This document shows, piece after piece, positions 1 to 9,838 of a stretch of DNA of 57,842 nt. Below the pieces are notes generated by a model. It did no database searches. It was not told the DNA's origin and worked only from the letters and a program-made list of their open reading frames with translations. The translations under genes were made by a program, and so were the position numbers. The stretch covers positions 1 through 57,842 of the forward strand of contig JBFLWF010000016.1 in the NCBI GenBank assembly GCA_040758355.1, read 5' to 3'. This DNA comes from Nitrospirota bacterium (lineage in GTDB: Bacteria > Nitrospirota > Thermodesulfovibrionia > Thermodesulfovibrionales > Dissulfurispiraceae). Within the stretch, counting starts at the first letter, position 1. Each line of letters starts with the position of its first letter.

Positions 1-1
1 A

Positions 2-82
2 TGTCGATGGCACCTCAGAAGGCGAATAAGAACCCTCAGAAGAGAACTTACCGCTCTCGATATCATGGAAATTTTGCATTAA
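2..82 (+). CDS. 3' end of an unidentified upstream gene (partial)
   Basis: Open frame from the window edge (..CRWHLRRRIRTLRRELTALDIMEILH*) ending TAA at 80-82; product not recognised. Confidence 0.35.
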   Translation, partial: CRWHLRRRIRTLRRELTALDIMEILH

Positions 83-133
83 TGGATCATGTTTCATTAT
101 TTTTATGAATTTTTCAGCACCCTGTTAGGAGTT

Positions 134-634
134 ATGAGCGCATTGAGGGAGGGGCATGGCCAAGGCTATGGATTGCTGCAGCTCGTAACCTTTACCCTCG
201 GCAATGAGGAGTATGCGGTGGATATTCGCAAGGTGCACGAGATAAACAGGATGAAGGAGATTACAAAGGTCCCGAATTCGCCATCTTATGTGGAAGGCGT
301 GATAAACCTCAGAGGGAAGGTCATCCCTGTGGTAAATCTCAGGGAAAGGTTCGGTCTTGGGGGGAAGGGAAACGACGAACACCTGCGGATAATGATAATG
401 GATGTAAGGGGGATCACCATGGGGCTTATTGTTGATTCAGTCTCTGAGGTATTGCGGATACCTTCTGACATAGTAGAGCCTCCGCCTCCAATGTCAACAG
501 GCATTGGTACGGAGTTTATAAATGGCATAGCAAAGCTTGAGGACAGGCTGATAATCTTACTCGATATGGACATGCTGTTCGGCAGGACAGAGACGATTGC
601 CATGATACAAACACAGAGAGAGGCTATAGAGTAG
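134..634 (+). CDS. cheW: Chemotaxis coupling protein CheW
   Basis: [38 protein letters not shown] motifs; ATG 134 follows AGGAG (ORF track starts at 89). Confidence 0.93.
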   Translation: MSALREGHGQGYGLLQLVTFTLGNEEYAVDIRKVHEINRMKEITKVPNSPSYVEGVINLRGKVIPVVNLRERFGLGGKGNDEHLRIMIMDVRGITMGLIVDSVSEVLRIPSDIVEPPPPMSTGIGTEFINGIAKLEDRLIILLDMDMLFGRTETIAMIQTQREAIE

Positions 635-671
635 AAAAGCAAAAATAGATATAAAACAAGGAGGACAAAAC

Positions 672-2309
672 ATGAAATGGTTTAACAACTTAAAGACGAG
701 GACAAAACTACTGGCGAGCTTTACTGTAATGGCATTCATTGTAATTTTGATTGGTGTGGTAAGTATCAGCGGGATGATGAAGATGAAACAGGCGGTAGAG
801 ACGCTTTACGCTGACAGACTTGTCCCTGCCATTGACCTTGGGAAGATGTCAAACCATCTGTCCAACATAAGAATAGGAGCCCTACGGATTATGAACGAGC
901 CGGATGCATCTAAAAGACAGGAGATATTTAACAATGCTGCAAAGGATGAGAAGGAGATAGAAAGGCTTATTGAAAAGTATGGTGCAACATACCTTGTGCC
1001 TGAGGAAAAGAAGGTATTTGAGGAATTCAAACCGGCATGGAAGGCATATAATGAATCGAGGCTGAATACATATAACTGGGCGCTTAAGGGTGATACTGAA
1101 AAGGCAAAACACAATGCAGCGACTGATGCAGCAGCGAAATTCAAGGTTGTTGATGAAAAGCTATACAGGTTGATCGAGATACAGGACGAGGTGGGCAAAG
1201 AACTTCACAGAGAGGCAGGAAACGAGTACAGGTTTGAGAGGAATGTGGCAATCGGGGCGACGATTATCGCAATACTGACTGCCTTTAGTCTGGGGATAAT
1301 CCTCTCGAAAATGATCGCAAGCCCGTTGCAAAAAGGTGTGAACTTGGCAGAGGCAATTGCAGGCGGTGATCTTACGAACAGGGTAGATAGAGCAGAAATT
1401 GAAAGGAATGACGAGGTCGGGAAGTTACTTGCTGCCATGGGGAATATGGCGGAAAAACTGAAAGGGATTATGGCCGAGCTGAAATCCACTGCTGACAATG
1501 TAGCATCGGCGAGCAATCAATTGAGCGCCAGCTCAGAACAGATGTCCAGAGGAGTTTCAGAACAATCAGGCAGGGCATCCCAGATTGCTACTTCATCAAA
1601 TGAGATGTCGCAAACCGTTGTGGATATAGCAAAGAACGCCTCAAACATAGCATCTGCTGCTACAGACGCAACAAAAACAGCAGAGGATGGAGGGGATATA
1701 GTAAACAAGTCGGTAGAGGAGGTTAAGGCAATTGCAGATACAGTAAGCGAAACAGCAAAAATGGTATCTTCCCTGGGAGAACGCTCAAAGCAGATAGGAG
1801 AGATAGTCAGCGTCATTAACGACATAGCGGATCAGACCAATCTCCTTGCATTGAACGCCGCTATAGAGGCAGCAAGGGCAGGAGAGCAGGGAAGGGGGTT
1901 TGCCGTAGTTGCGGATGAGGTTAGAAAGCTTGCAGAGAGGACAGCAAAAGCAACATCGGAGATAGGCGATATGATAAAGGCCATTCAGGATGAGGTTGAG
2001 AAGGCTGTTACATCCATGAATGAGGGGACAGAAAGGGTAAATGTGGGTGTGGAATTATCGACTCAGGCTGGCAATGCCCTGCATGGTATAATAAAAAGCG
2101 TTAATAATCTGCAGACCATGGTTCAGCAGATAGCCTCAGCCACAGAGGAGATGTCGACCGTGTCGGAGACGATAAGCGGAGATATAGAGACAATTGCAAG
2201 CGTTTCGAAGGAGACATCAGCAGGCTCTGAACAAATTGCCCATGCATCTTCTGATTTGGCAAGGCTTGCATCTAATTTACAGGGGATTGTGGGGCAGTTT
2301 AAGGTTTAA
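672..2309 (+). CDS. Methyl-accepting chemotaxis protein (four-helix sensor, HAMP, MCP signal domain)
   Basis: Two TM segments, HAMP (DEVGKLL), [40 protein letters not shown] signature; GGAGG RBS. Confidence 0.96.
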   Translation: MKWFNNLKTRTKLLASFTVMAFIVILIGVVSISGMMKMKQAVETLYADRLVPAIDLGKMSNHLSNIRIGALRIMNEPDASKRQEIFNNAAKDEKEIERLIEKYGATYLVPEEKKVFEEFKPAWKAYNESRLNTYNWALKGDTEKAKHNAATDAAAKFKVVDEKLYRLIEIQDEVGKELHREAGNEYRFERNVAIGATIIAILTAFSLGIILSKMIASPLQKGVNLAEAIAGGDLTNRVDRAEIERNDEVGKLLAAMGNMAEKLKGIMAELKSTADNVASASNQLSASSEQMSRGVSEQSGRASQIATSSNEMSQTVVDIAKNASNIASAATDATKTAEDGGDIVNKSVEEVKAIADTVSETAKMVSSLGERSKQIGEIVSVINDIADQTNLLALNAAIEAARAGEQGRGFAVVADEVRKLAERTAKATSEIGDMIKAIQDEVEKAVTSMNEGTERVNVGVELSTQAGNALHGIIKSVNNLQTMVQQIASATEEMSTVSETISGDIETIASVSKETSAGSEQIAHASSDLARLASNLQGIVGQFKV

Positions 2310-2318
2310 AATATGAAC

Positions 2319-2368
2319 GGGGACAGTCCCGAATCTACGGCTATGCCCGTAATTCTGGGACAGTCCCC
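2319..2368. repeat. REP/MITE-like palindrome with GGGACAGTCCC ends
   Basis: GGGGACAGTCCC-GAAT-C-TACGG...CCGTA-ATTC-T-GGGACAGTCCCC; folds as a ~50-nt hairpin. Confidence 0.7.
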
Positions 2369-2370
2369 TA

Positions 2371-2427
2371 CAGCAATCAGCCGTCAGTTTTCAGAAAAGG
2401 GAATCAAATACTGATTACTGGCGGCTT
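2371..2427. repeat. Heptamer-repeat hairpin (CAGNNNT units)
   Basis: CAGCAAT CAGCCGT CAGTTTT CAG ... CTGATTA CTGGCGG CT; arms are imperfect reverse complements. Confidence 0.6.
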
Positions 2428-2450
2428 AATTTTTGCTACAATAGTTATTA

Positions 2451-2906
2451 ATGAAAACTTTCTTACGATTTTTATCAAAAATCATCGCCACTGTCTTTTT
2501 CATCGGCTACATACCTTTTGCACCAGGCACATTCGGGAGTCTTGCAGGTCTGGCATTTATATGGATTTTCAAGCCTGATTTTTTACAGCAAATCATCATA
2601 TTGACAGTGGGTTTTATTTTCGGTATTGCGAGTTCTCAAATCGTTGAGAAAGAATCCGGGACAAAGGACAGCAAACATATCGTCATAGATGAGTTTGTGG
2701 GCTATATGGCATCGATTATATTTCTTCCATTAACCATCGGCTATACTATAGCAGCCTTTTTTTTGTTCAGGTTTTTCGATATACTAAAGCCGCCGCCCAT
2801 AAGGAATATCGAGAGGATGTTCAGCGGCGGCATAGGCGTGATGATCGATGATCTGGCGGCAGGAATAATTACAAATTTGATTTTACAGCTATGGAGACTT
2901 GTATGA
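2451..2906 (+). CDS. pgpA: Phosphatidylglycerophosphatase A
   Basis: APGTFGSL, D..HIVIDE, FRFFDILKP, GVMIDD motifs. Confidence 0.93.
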   Translation: MKTFLRFLSKIIATVFFIGYIPFAPGTFGSLAGLAFIWIFKPDFLQQIIILTVGFIFGIASSQIVEKESGTKDSKHIVIDEFVGYMASIIFLPLTIGYTIAAFFLFRFFDILKPPPIRNIERMFSGGIGVMIDDLAAGIITNLILQLWRLV

Positions 2907-3475
2907 GGTGCTTTATAGCCATAGACATGTCCGAGAATATAAAAAATGCCATTGCAGGCGTCATCGAGAAATGCGGACTGAATTCAAAAGGCGTCAGATG
3001 GGTTTCGGTTGAAAATATCCATCTCACACTCAAATTCCTCGGTGATGTAAAAGAAGATTTAATTCCTGAAATAGAAAAGGGACTCGCATTAATATGCATG
3101 AGGCGCGATGTGTTTAATATTAATATCCGTGGTGCAGGTGCATTCCCGAACTTCAAATATCCCAATGTACTATGGATGGGGATAGATGAGTCAGAAGAGT
3201 TAAAGAGGCTTTATGAGGATATAGAAGAATCCATGTTTGAATTGGGATTTGAAAAAGAGGACAGGAAATTCTCTCCACATCTTACCATAGGCAGGGTGAA
3301 GGACAGGAAGGGTATCGAGCCGGTCATCAAGGGGCTCTATACATTTAAGGATACATTTTTTGGTAGTATAGAAGTAAATGAAGTTCTGCTCATGCGGAGT
3401 GTTTTAAAACCAACAGGCGCAGAATATTCGAAGATAGCAGGATTTAAATTAAAAAATAAACAGGAGGAAACTTAA
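2903..3475 (+). CDS. thpR: RNA 2',3'-cyclic phosphodiesterase (2H phosphoesterase)
   Basis: MRCFIAI start with ATGA overlap; two HxT motifs ([15 protein letters not shown]); upstream of recA. Confidence 0.92.
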   Translation: MRCFIAIDMSENIKNAIAGVIEKCGLNSKGVRWVSVENIHLTLKFLGDVKEDLIPEIEKGLALICMRRDVFNINIRGAGAFPNFKYPNVLWMGIDESEELKRLYEDIEESMFELGFEKEDRKFSPHLTIGRVKDRKGIEPVIKGLYTFKDTFFGSIEVNEVLLMRSVLKPTGAEYSKIAGFKLKNKQEET

Positions 3476-4482
3476 TGAACAAGGATAAGATGAAGGCCCT
3501 GGAAATGGCCATCTCCCAGATCGAAAAGAGCTTTGGAAAGGGCTCCATAATGCGCCTCGGTGCAGGCGAGGTCACCGAAGGAGTTCAGGCAATACCGACG
3601 GGTTCGTTATCACTCGACATCGCCACAGGAATAGGCGGATTCCCGAGGGGAAGGGTTATCGAGATATTCGGACCGGAATCTTCGGGAAAGACAACCCTTG
3701 CATTGAATGCCATAGCACAGGCGCAGAAGATTGGAGGAACTGCTGCATTTATAGATGCAGAGCATGCCCTCGATGTGAACTATGCATCAAGGATTGGCGT
3801 GAATATTGAAGACCTCCTGATAGCACAGCCCGATACAGGCGAGCAGGCGCTCGAGGTGGCAGAAACCCTTGTAAGAAGCGGTGCGATCGACATCATCGTG
3901 GTAGACTCCGTTGCTGCCCTTGTACCCAAGGCAGAGATAGAGGGAGATATGGGAGACGCCCACATGGGGCTTCAGGCGCGGCTTATGAGCCAGGCATTGA
4001 GGAAACTGACGGCAGCCATATCGAAATCGATGACCACAGTGATCTTCATTAACCAGATAAGGATGAAGATAGGCGTTATGTTCGGCAACCCTGAGACCAC
4101 AACCGGTGGAACAGCCCTCAAGTTCTACTCTTCCATGAGGCTCGATATCAGAAAGATAGACAGCCTTAAAGAAGGGCAGGAGATTATCGGCGGAAGGGTG
4201 AGGGTCAAGATAGTCAAGAATAAGGTTGCACCGCCTTTCAGGCAGGCAGAGTTCGACATATATTTTAATGAAGGGATCTCAAGGCTCGGAGAGGTTATAG
4301 ACATCGGAGTTGATAAGGGGATTATCGAAAAGGCAGGTGCATGGTACAGCTACAATGGAAGTAAGATCGGACAGGGCAGGGAGAATGTGAAGGAATATCT
4401 GAAGAACAATCCTGAAATTGCAGCAGAAGTGGAACAGAAGATACTGGAGACATCCGGTTTAAAGACAAATCCTAAATCCTAA
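3475..4482 (+). CDS. recA: Recombinase RecA
   Basis: [37 protein letters not shown] motifs. Confidence 0.99.
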   Translation: MNKDKMKALEMAISQIEKSFGKGSIMRLGAGEVTEGVQAIPTGSLSLDIATGIGGFPRGRVIEIFGPESSGKTTLALNAIAQAQKIGGTAAFIDAEHALDVNYASRIGVNIEDLLIAQPDTGEQALEVAETLVRSGAIDIIVVDSVAALVPKAEIEGDMGDAHMGLQARLMSQALRKLTAAISKSMTTVIFINQIRMKIGVMFGNPETTTGGTALKFYSSMRLDIRKIDSLKEGQEIIGGRVRVKIVKNKVAPPFRQAEFDIYFNEGISRLGEVIDIGVDKGIIEKAGAWYSYNGSKIGQGRENVKEYLKNNPEIAAEVEQKILETSGLKTNPKS

Positions 4483-4550
4483 ATACGAAATCCCAAACAA
4501 TTTTTGAAATTTGTATTTGTTTGGGATTTAGATATTAAGATTTGGAATTT
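4467..4550. repeat. Heptamer-repeat hairpin (AAATCCN units) overlapping the recA stop
   Basis: AAATCCT AAATCCT AAATACG AAATCCC AAAC ... GTTT GGGATTT AGATATT AAGATTT GGAATTT. Confidence 0.8.
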
Positions 4551-4557
4551 AAGGTGT

Positions 4558-5715
4558 ATGGATATAAACGAACTTCTCAAAAATGCATCTCAACTCAAGG
4601 CATCGGACATTCATATAAAGGTGGGGTCGCAGCCTGTTTTCAGGATTGACGGTAAACTTCTGCCGCAGGCCACCCACAGCATCATAACGCCGCAGGACGC
4701 CGTGGATATTGCCATGAAGGTCATGGGCGACCGGCAGAAGGAATTGTTTGAGAAGACCCATGACACTGATTTCTCATACAGCATACCGGGTGTGGGAAGA
4801 TTCCGGTGCAATGCCTTTTTACAGCGCGGCTCGGTCGGACTTGTTTTCAGGGTTATTCCCTATGGTATTCCAAAAATAGAAGACCTTTTATTGCCAGAGG
4901 TTATAAAGAAGATCGCAGATGAAGGGCGTGGATTAATACTGGTAACAGGTACGACCGGAAGCGGCAAATCCACAACCCTCGCATCTATCGTTGATTATAT
5001 AAATTCAAGCAGGTCTGTGAATATCGTGACCATAGAGGATCCGATAGAATATATACATAAGGATAAAAAAGGGATAATCAGCCAGCGCCAGATCGGCGAA
5101 GATACGGATTCTTTCAGCAAGGCGCTCAGGGCTGCATTAAGACAGGACCCCGACGTGATACTCGTGGGAGAGATGCGTGACCTCGAGACAATAGAGATCG
5201 CCCTCACCGCTGCAGAGACAGGCCATCTTGTTTTGAGCACGCTTCATACGCTGGATGCTGCGGAGACCGTGAACAGGATAATATCTGTATTCCCTACACA
5301 TCAACAGAATCAGATAAGGATACAACTTGCATCCGTCCTGAAAGGCGTTGTATCCCAGAGATTGATTCCGAGGGCTGACAGAAAAGGCAGGGTGCCGGCA
5401 GTGGAGGTATTGATAGCAACCGCTACAGTACGGAGCTGCATTCTCGAACCTGAAAAGACAATTGCATTGAGGGATGTTATTGCGCAGGGCAAGAATCTAT
5501 ACGGGATGCAGACCTTTGATCAGTCTATCTTTGACCTCTTGCAGGCAGGTCTGATAACCTATGACGAAGCAATGAGGCAGGCTACCAACCCTTCTGATTT
5601 TGCATTGAAGGTTAAGGGCATACAGTCTGCAGGCGATGTTGTAACAGAATCGTATAAGGATGTTAAAGCTGAAAAAGACAAGGGCAGCGGCGAATTCCAG
5701 ATCGAGAGATTTTGA
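4558..5715 (+). CDS. pilT: Type IV pilus retraction ATPase (PilT/PilU family)
   Basis: ASDIHI, GTTGSGKST, TIEDPIE, ALRQDPDVILVGEMRD, STLHT; ATG 4558 after AAGGTG. The TTG at 4504 lies in the repeat. Confidence 0.93.
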   Translation: MDINELLKNASQLKASDIHIKVGSQPVFRIDGKLLPQATHSIITPQDAVDIAMKVMGDRQKELFEKTHDTDFSYSIPGVGRFRCNAFLQRGSVGLVFRVIPYGIPKIEDLLLPEVIKKIADEGRGLILVTGTTGSGKSTTLASIVDYINSSRSVNIVTIEDPIEYIHKDKKGIISQRQIGEDTDSFSKALRAALRQDPDVILVGEMRDLETIEIALTAAETGHLVLSTLHTLDAAETVNRIISVFPTHQQNQIRIQLASVLKGVVSQRLIPRADRKGRVPAVEVLIATATVRSCILEPEKTIALRDVIAQGKNLYGMQTFDQSIFDLLQAGLITYDEAMRQATNPSDFALKVKGIQSAGDVVTESYKDVKAEKDKGSGEFQIERF

Positions 5716-6166
5716 AGACAGTCGTGGCAATGCGCTTAAATATGCATTCAGGCTGCTTGGTTACAGGGACAGAAGCGAGAAGGAGATGTACGAAAAACTG
5801 ATTCGTAAGGGCTTCTCTGAAAAAGTCGCCTTAGAGGCAGTTGGTTATCTAAACGATAAAGGATTTATCGATGACAGGAGATTTGCAGAAATTTTAAGGA
5901 AGGATGCGGTTGAGAGAAAGCATCTCGGTAAAAGGGGCACGAGAAGCTATTTGATGAATAAAGGAATTGCTGTTGATATTACAGAAGATATTTTAGGCGA
6001 CGATGGCGATTACCTCGATGCAGCAAAGAGTTTTGTTGAAAAGAAACTGAGGAATATGAAGAATATTGATGAAGATGCCTTAAAGAGAAAGCTCTGGGGC
6101 ATGCTTTCAAGGAGAGGCTTTTCATACGATACAATAGACAGAGTGTTGAAATCATATATAGCATGA
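5660..6166 (+). CDS. recX: Regulatory protein RecX
   Basis: LLGYRDRSEKE, GFIDDRRFA, LSRRGFS motifs; recA-alaS context. Start uncertain. Confidence 0.9.
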   Translation: MLKLKKTRAAANSRSRDFEDSRGNALKYAFRLLGYRDRSEKEMYEKLIRKGFSEKVALEAVGYLNDKGFIDDRRFAEILRKDAVERKHLGKRGTRSYLMNKGIAVDITEDILGDDGDYLDAAKSFVEKKLRNMKNIDEDALKRKLWGMLSRRGFSYDTIDRVLKSYIA

Positions 6167-6168
6167 AC

Positions 6169-6370
6169 TACACAAGATTATGACAGCAGGTGTGCATCAA
6201 AGCCTTTACAAAGTCGTTGTTCTTTATGCATACCATAAGACTATTAACGCATTTACCTAAACAGATAGCTATGTAGTAGGTGACGGATTCAAGATGATGT
6301 TTTATAATATTCCGAAGTGTAAAGTTCTTTTTTACACACCTGCTGCCATATGCGAGGCAATAATTGTGTA
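6169..6370. other. ~200-nt long-range inverted repeat (candidate structured RNA or MITE)
   Basis: TATGACAGCAGGTGTG (6179-6194) pairs with CACACCTGCTGCCATA (6335-6350); also TACACAA/TTGTGTA outside and CTTTACA/TGTAAAG inside. Confidence 0.55.
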
Positions 6371-6425
6371 ATTTGGATTTAAAAAGTGTAAGAATCGATC
6401 AATCTCGACAATAGGAGGAAGAGAA

Positions 6426-6773
6426 ATGAAAGGCAAAAGTTTTTATGTGATTTTATTAGTAGTCGTATGGCTTTTAGCAGGGTGCGCATCGTCCTCTGTC
6501 CGTTTCACCCACGATGAGATCAAGGATTATCCCCTCGATGTGCAGGAGAAGATCATAAAAGGCGAGGTAGCCCCCGGCATGACCCCGCAGCAGGTGAGGT
6601 ATGCATGGGGCAATCCCGACTCCGTAAAAAAACTTGAGCCAGAGAAGGACGGAAAGCAGAAAGAGGAGTGGACATACTCTTCTGTATTAGGCGCCTTTAA
6701 AACAAGGCTTATTTTTATTGACGGCAAACTCACATATATTATAAGCACAGAACCCGGCAGGGTAGCGAAATAG
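6426..6773 (+). CDS. Small lipoprotein, SmpA/BamE-like fold
   Basis: Lipobox LLAGC; GMTPQQVRYAWGNP...EEWTY pattern; AGGAGG RBS. Confidence 0.75.
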   Translation: MKGKSFYVILLVVVWLLAGCASSSVRFTHDEIKDYPLDVQEKIIKGEVAPGMTPQQVRYAWGNPDSVKKLEPEKDGKQKEEWTYSSVLGAFKTRLIFIDGKLTYIISTEPGRVAK

Positions 6774-6777
6774 GGCA

Positions 6778-6808
6778 CCAAAAAATTTTTCGTTAGAAAA
6801 TTTTTTGG
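6778..6808. terminator. AT-rich hairpin (terminator or short palindromic repeat)
   Basis: CCAAAAAATTTT...AAAATTTTTTGG directly after the lipoprotein stop. Confidence 0.5.
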
Positions 6809-6826
6809 GTTTACTGAGGAGAAAAT

Positions 6827-9478
6827 ATGAAGAGTGCGGAGATCAGGGATTTATTCCTGGAGTTTTTCAGATCAAAGGGGCACGAGATAGTTAAGAGCTC
6901 TTCCCTTATACCGAGGCATGACCCTACGCTGCTGTTTACAAATGCAGGGATGGTGCAGTTCAAATCGGTCTTTTTGGGCGAAGAAAAGAGGCCTTATACA
7001 AGGGCTGTGTCATGCCAGAAATGCATGAGGGCAGGGGGCAAGCACAGCGACCTCGAAAACGTGGGGCACACTGCACGGCATCATACATTCTTCGAGATGC
7101 TGGGGAATTTTTCATTTGGTGATTATTTTAAGAAGGATGCAATCCTATTTGCATGGGAGCTTCTCACCGAATGGTATAAACTGCCCAAGGATAAACTCTG
7201 GGTATCTGTTTATGAAGATGATGATGAGGCAGAGAAATTATGGATGGAGATTACTGATATTCCTTCTGACAGGATAGTGAGACTTGGAGCAAAGGACAAC
7301 TTCTGGCAGATGGGAGACACAGGCCCATGCGGGCCATGCTCTGAGATAATCATCGACCAGGGCGAGGATGTGGGATGCGGCAGGCCTGATTGCAAGGTGG
7401 GATGCGACTGCGACAGGTATCTGGAATTATGGAATCTTGTCTTTATGCAGTTTAACCGCGATGAATCAGGCAATCTTACTCCACTTCCAAAGCCGAGCAT
7501 AGATACAGGGATGGGACTCGAAAGAATAGCAGCGGTACTTCAGGGAAAGAGGAACAATTTCGATACAGACCTCTTTGCGCCGATTATATCGGCAGTCGAA
7601 TCCATATCAGGGCTCTCTTATGGCAAAAATAAGGAAATTGATACATCCATGAGGGTCATTGCAGACCACATGAGGGCAATGGCATTTTTACTTTCTGACG
7701 GCCTTATCCCTTCCAATGAGGGAAGGGGCTATGTTTTAAGGCGTATCATAAGAAGGGCATCGAGACATGCAAAGCTGCTTGGTCTTGAAGGATCTGTATT
7801 GTATAAATTGATCGATTCTGTTGCAGATGCAATGGGTAATGTCTATTCCGAACTTATTCAGGAAAAGGATCGGTCGTCGAAGGTCTTGATGATAGAAGAA
7901 GATCGTTTTACAAAGACCCTTGAGCAGGGCATGAGAATCCTTGACAGCGTGATCGATGGATTAAAGAAAGAAGGAAAAAATACCATTCCCGGAGATGAGC
8001 TGTTTAAGCTTTATGATACATATGGGTTTCCCCTCGACCTTGCGAGGGATATTGCAATGGATAACCATCTCCTGATCGATGAGGATGGCTTTAACCGCGA
8101 TATGGAGATACAGAAGGAGAGGGCACGGGCATCATGGGTTGGAGAAGAAGAGGCCATTGCATCCATATATAAAGAGCTTCAGTCAGAGATAGGTGAAACG
8201 CTGTTTATCGGATATGATACGCTTGAGTCGGAATCAGTGATTAAGGCAATACTGAAGGACGGGAAGGTCGTAACAGAGGCATCGGAAGGCGATGAGGCGG
8301 AGCTGTTCCTCGACAAGACGCCATTCTATGGAGAATCAGGCGGTCAGGTCGGGGATGTGGGGATTATTTGTAAAATTTCAAATTTCAAATTTCAAATTTC
8401 AAATTGTGAAGCAGAGGCTAAAGTTATTAATACAAAGAAAGAGGTTGGGCTGCACGCCCATGTGATAAAGATTAAAGGCGGGACTTTCAAGGTGTGGGAT
8501 AAGGTTAAGTGCCTTGTTGATAAAGACAAGAGGATGTCCACAGCAAGGAATCATACGGCAACCCATCTGCTGCACACTGCATTGAGGTCAGTCCTCGGCG
8601 AGCATGTAAAACAGGCAGGGTCTCTTGTATCCCCTGAAAGGATGCGTTTTGACTTCACCCATTTCTACGGCCTTGACAAGAGGGAGATAGAAAACATCGA
8701 GGATATAGTGAATGAAAAGATCCTTGAAAATATAAAAGTAGAGACAGAGATTTCAGATATACAGGATGCACTTAAATCAGGTGTCATTGCCCTCTTTGGC
8801 GAGAAGTATGGAGAAAAGGTGAGAGTTGTAAGGGTTCCGGCCTTCAGCGCCGAGCTTTGCGGTGGAACGCATTGCAGGGAAACCGGCGATATCGGGCTCT
8901 TTGTTATAGTCTCTGAAGGAAGTGTTGCCTCAGGGATAAGGAGAATAGAGGCACTCACAGGCAGGGCTGCCTTTGATTACTTAAGACAGAGGAATAATGA
9001 GCTTCAGAGAATATCGGAAATGCTCAAGACCGAAAGTCCCTATGAGCGTGTTGAAAAGCTGCTCAATGAACTGAAGGATATGGACAAAGAGATAGAATCA
9101 CTAAAGGCTAAGGCTGCTGCCCAGAGTTCTTCTTCCATAATTGAAAAGGCAAAGGAAATTGATGGCACAAAGGTTTTGGCATGCCGTGTGGATAATCTTG
9201 AACAAAAGGACCTTCGTGTGCTTGCAGACAATGTTAGGGACAGGCTCGGCTCAGGCATTATAGTCCTTGCCTCTGCAAAGGATGGACAGGCATCAATAGT
9301 TGCGATGGTTACGGATGACCTTGTGAAGAAGTACAATGCAGGAGCTATACTGAAGAAGGTTGCAGATATAGCAGGGGGCAGAGGTGGAGGCAAGGCTGAC
9401 ATGGCACAAGGGGGAACAAAGGAGATAGAAAAACTGGACAAAGCCCTTGAAGCAGTGTATGATTTGATAAAGAAATAA
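6827..9478 (+). CDS. alaS: Alanine--tRNA ligase
   Basis: DPTLLFTNAGMVQFK, HHTFFEMLGNFSFGDYFK, NHTATHLLH, ELCGGTH, GGRGGG. Confidence 0.99.
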   Translation: MKSAEIRDLFLEFFRSKGHEIVKSSSLIPRHDPTLLFTNAGMVQFKSVFLGEEKRPYTRAVSCQKCMRAGGKHSDLENVGHTARHHTFFEMLGNFSFGDYFKKDAILFAWELLTEWYKLPKDKLWVSVYEDDDEAEKLWMEITDIPSDRIVRLGAKDNFWQMGDTGPCGPCSEIIIDQGEDVGCGRPDCKVGCDCDRYLELWNLVFMQFNRDESGNLTPLPKPSIDTGMGLERIAAVLQGKRNNFDTDLFAPIISAVESISGLSYGKNKEIDTSMRVIADHMRAMAFLLSDGLIPSNEGRGYVLRRIIRRASRHAKLLGLEGSVLYKLIDSVADAMGNVYSELIQEKDRSSKVLMIEEDRFTKTLEQGMRILDSVIDGLKKEGKNTIPGDELFKLYDTYGFPLDLARDIAMDNHLLIDEDGFNRDMEIQKERARASWVGEEEAIASIYKELQSEIGETLFIGYDTLESESVIKAILKDGKVVTEASEGDEAELFLDKTPFYGESGGQVGDVGIICKISNFKFQISNCEAEAKVINTKKEVGLHAHVIKIKGGTFKVWDKVKCLVDKDKRMSTARNHTATHLLHTALRSVLGEHVKQAGSLVSPERMRFDFTHFYGLDKREIENIEDIVNEKILENIKVETEISDIQDALKSGVIALFGEKYGEKVRVVRVPAFSAELCGGTHCRETGDIGLFVIVSEGSVASGIRRIEALTGRAAFDYLRQRNNELQRISEMLKTESPYERVEKLLNELKDMDKEIESLKAKAAAQSSSSIIEKAKEIDGTKVLACRVDNLEQKDLRVLADNVRDRLGSGIIVLASAKDGQASIVAMVTDDLVKKYNAGAILKKVADIAGGRGGGKADMAQGGTKEIEKLDKALEAVYDLIKK
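8373..8407 (+). repeat. In-frame heptamer tandem (AAATTTC)x4 inside alaS
   Basis: Four perfect AAATTTC plus AAATTGT, translated as KISNFKFQISN just after GGQVGDVG. Confidence 0.85.
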
Positions 9479-9492
9479 TTCGGAGGTGTCTT

Positions 9493-9819
9493 ATGACGGT
9501 ATTTGATGTTGTCAGGAATGCTATTATGGCAGGTTTTGGTGTTCAGGAGAAGGTAAAGGAATTTATTGACGAACTTGTCAAAAAGGGCGAACTGAGCGAA
9601 TCTCAGGGGGCAAAGCTTGTCAAGGAATGGACAGAGAAGGCCGACAAGAGCACATCCGAACTTAGCAAGAGCATGTCAGAGCTTGTATCTAAGACCCTTG
9701 AAAAGATGAATATTCCTACAAAAGATGATATGGAGAAGCTGAATAAGAAGATACAGAGCCTTTCTTCGCGGGTAAAGAAGCTGGAAGGAACACCAGAGGA
9801 AATCGAATCGGAGGAATAA
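9493..9819 (+). CDS. Phasin-family / coiled-coil protein
   Basis: IDELVKKGELSESQGAKLVKE and NIPTKDD pattern; typical partner of ubiB. Confidence 0.75.
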   Translation: MTVFDVVRNAIMAGFGVQEKVKEFIDELVKKGELSESQGAKLVKEWTEKADKSTSELSKSMSELVSKTLEKMNIPTKDDMEKLNKKIQSLSSRVKKLEGTPEEIESEE

Positions 9820-9822
9820 ATT

Positions 9823-9838
9823 ACTCCAACACTCCAAC
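9823..9838 (+). repeat. Octamer tandem remnant (ACTCCAAC)x2
   Basis: Fills the phasin-ubiB spacer; same unit as the addA insert at 33424. Confidence 0.55.

Noticed and set aside
4504..4557. N-terminal extension of PilT (MKFVFVWDLDIKIWNL)
   Set aside because: It is the translated right arm of the heptamer hairpin; a better RBS and ATG are at 4558.
3475..9478. pilT between recA and recX as a novel arrangement
   Set aside because: As I recall, recA-pilT-recX-alaS also occurs in deltaproteobacteria such as Geobacter, so it is probably ancestral synteny.
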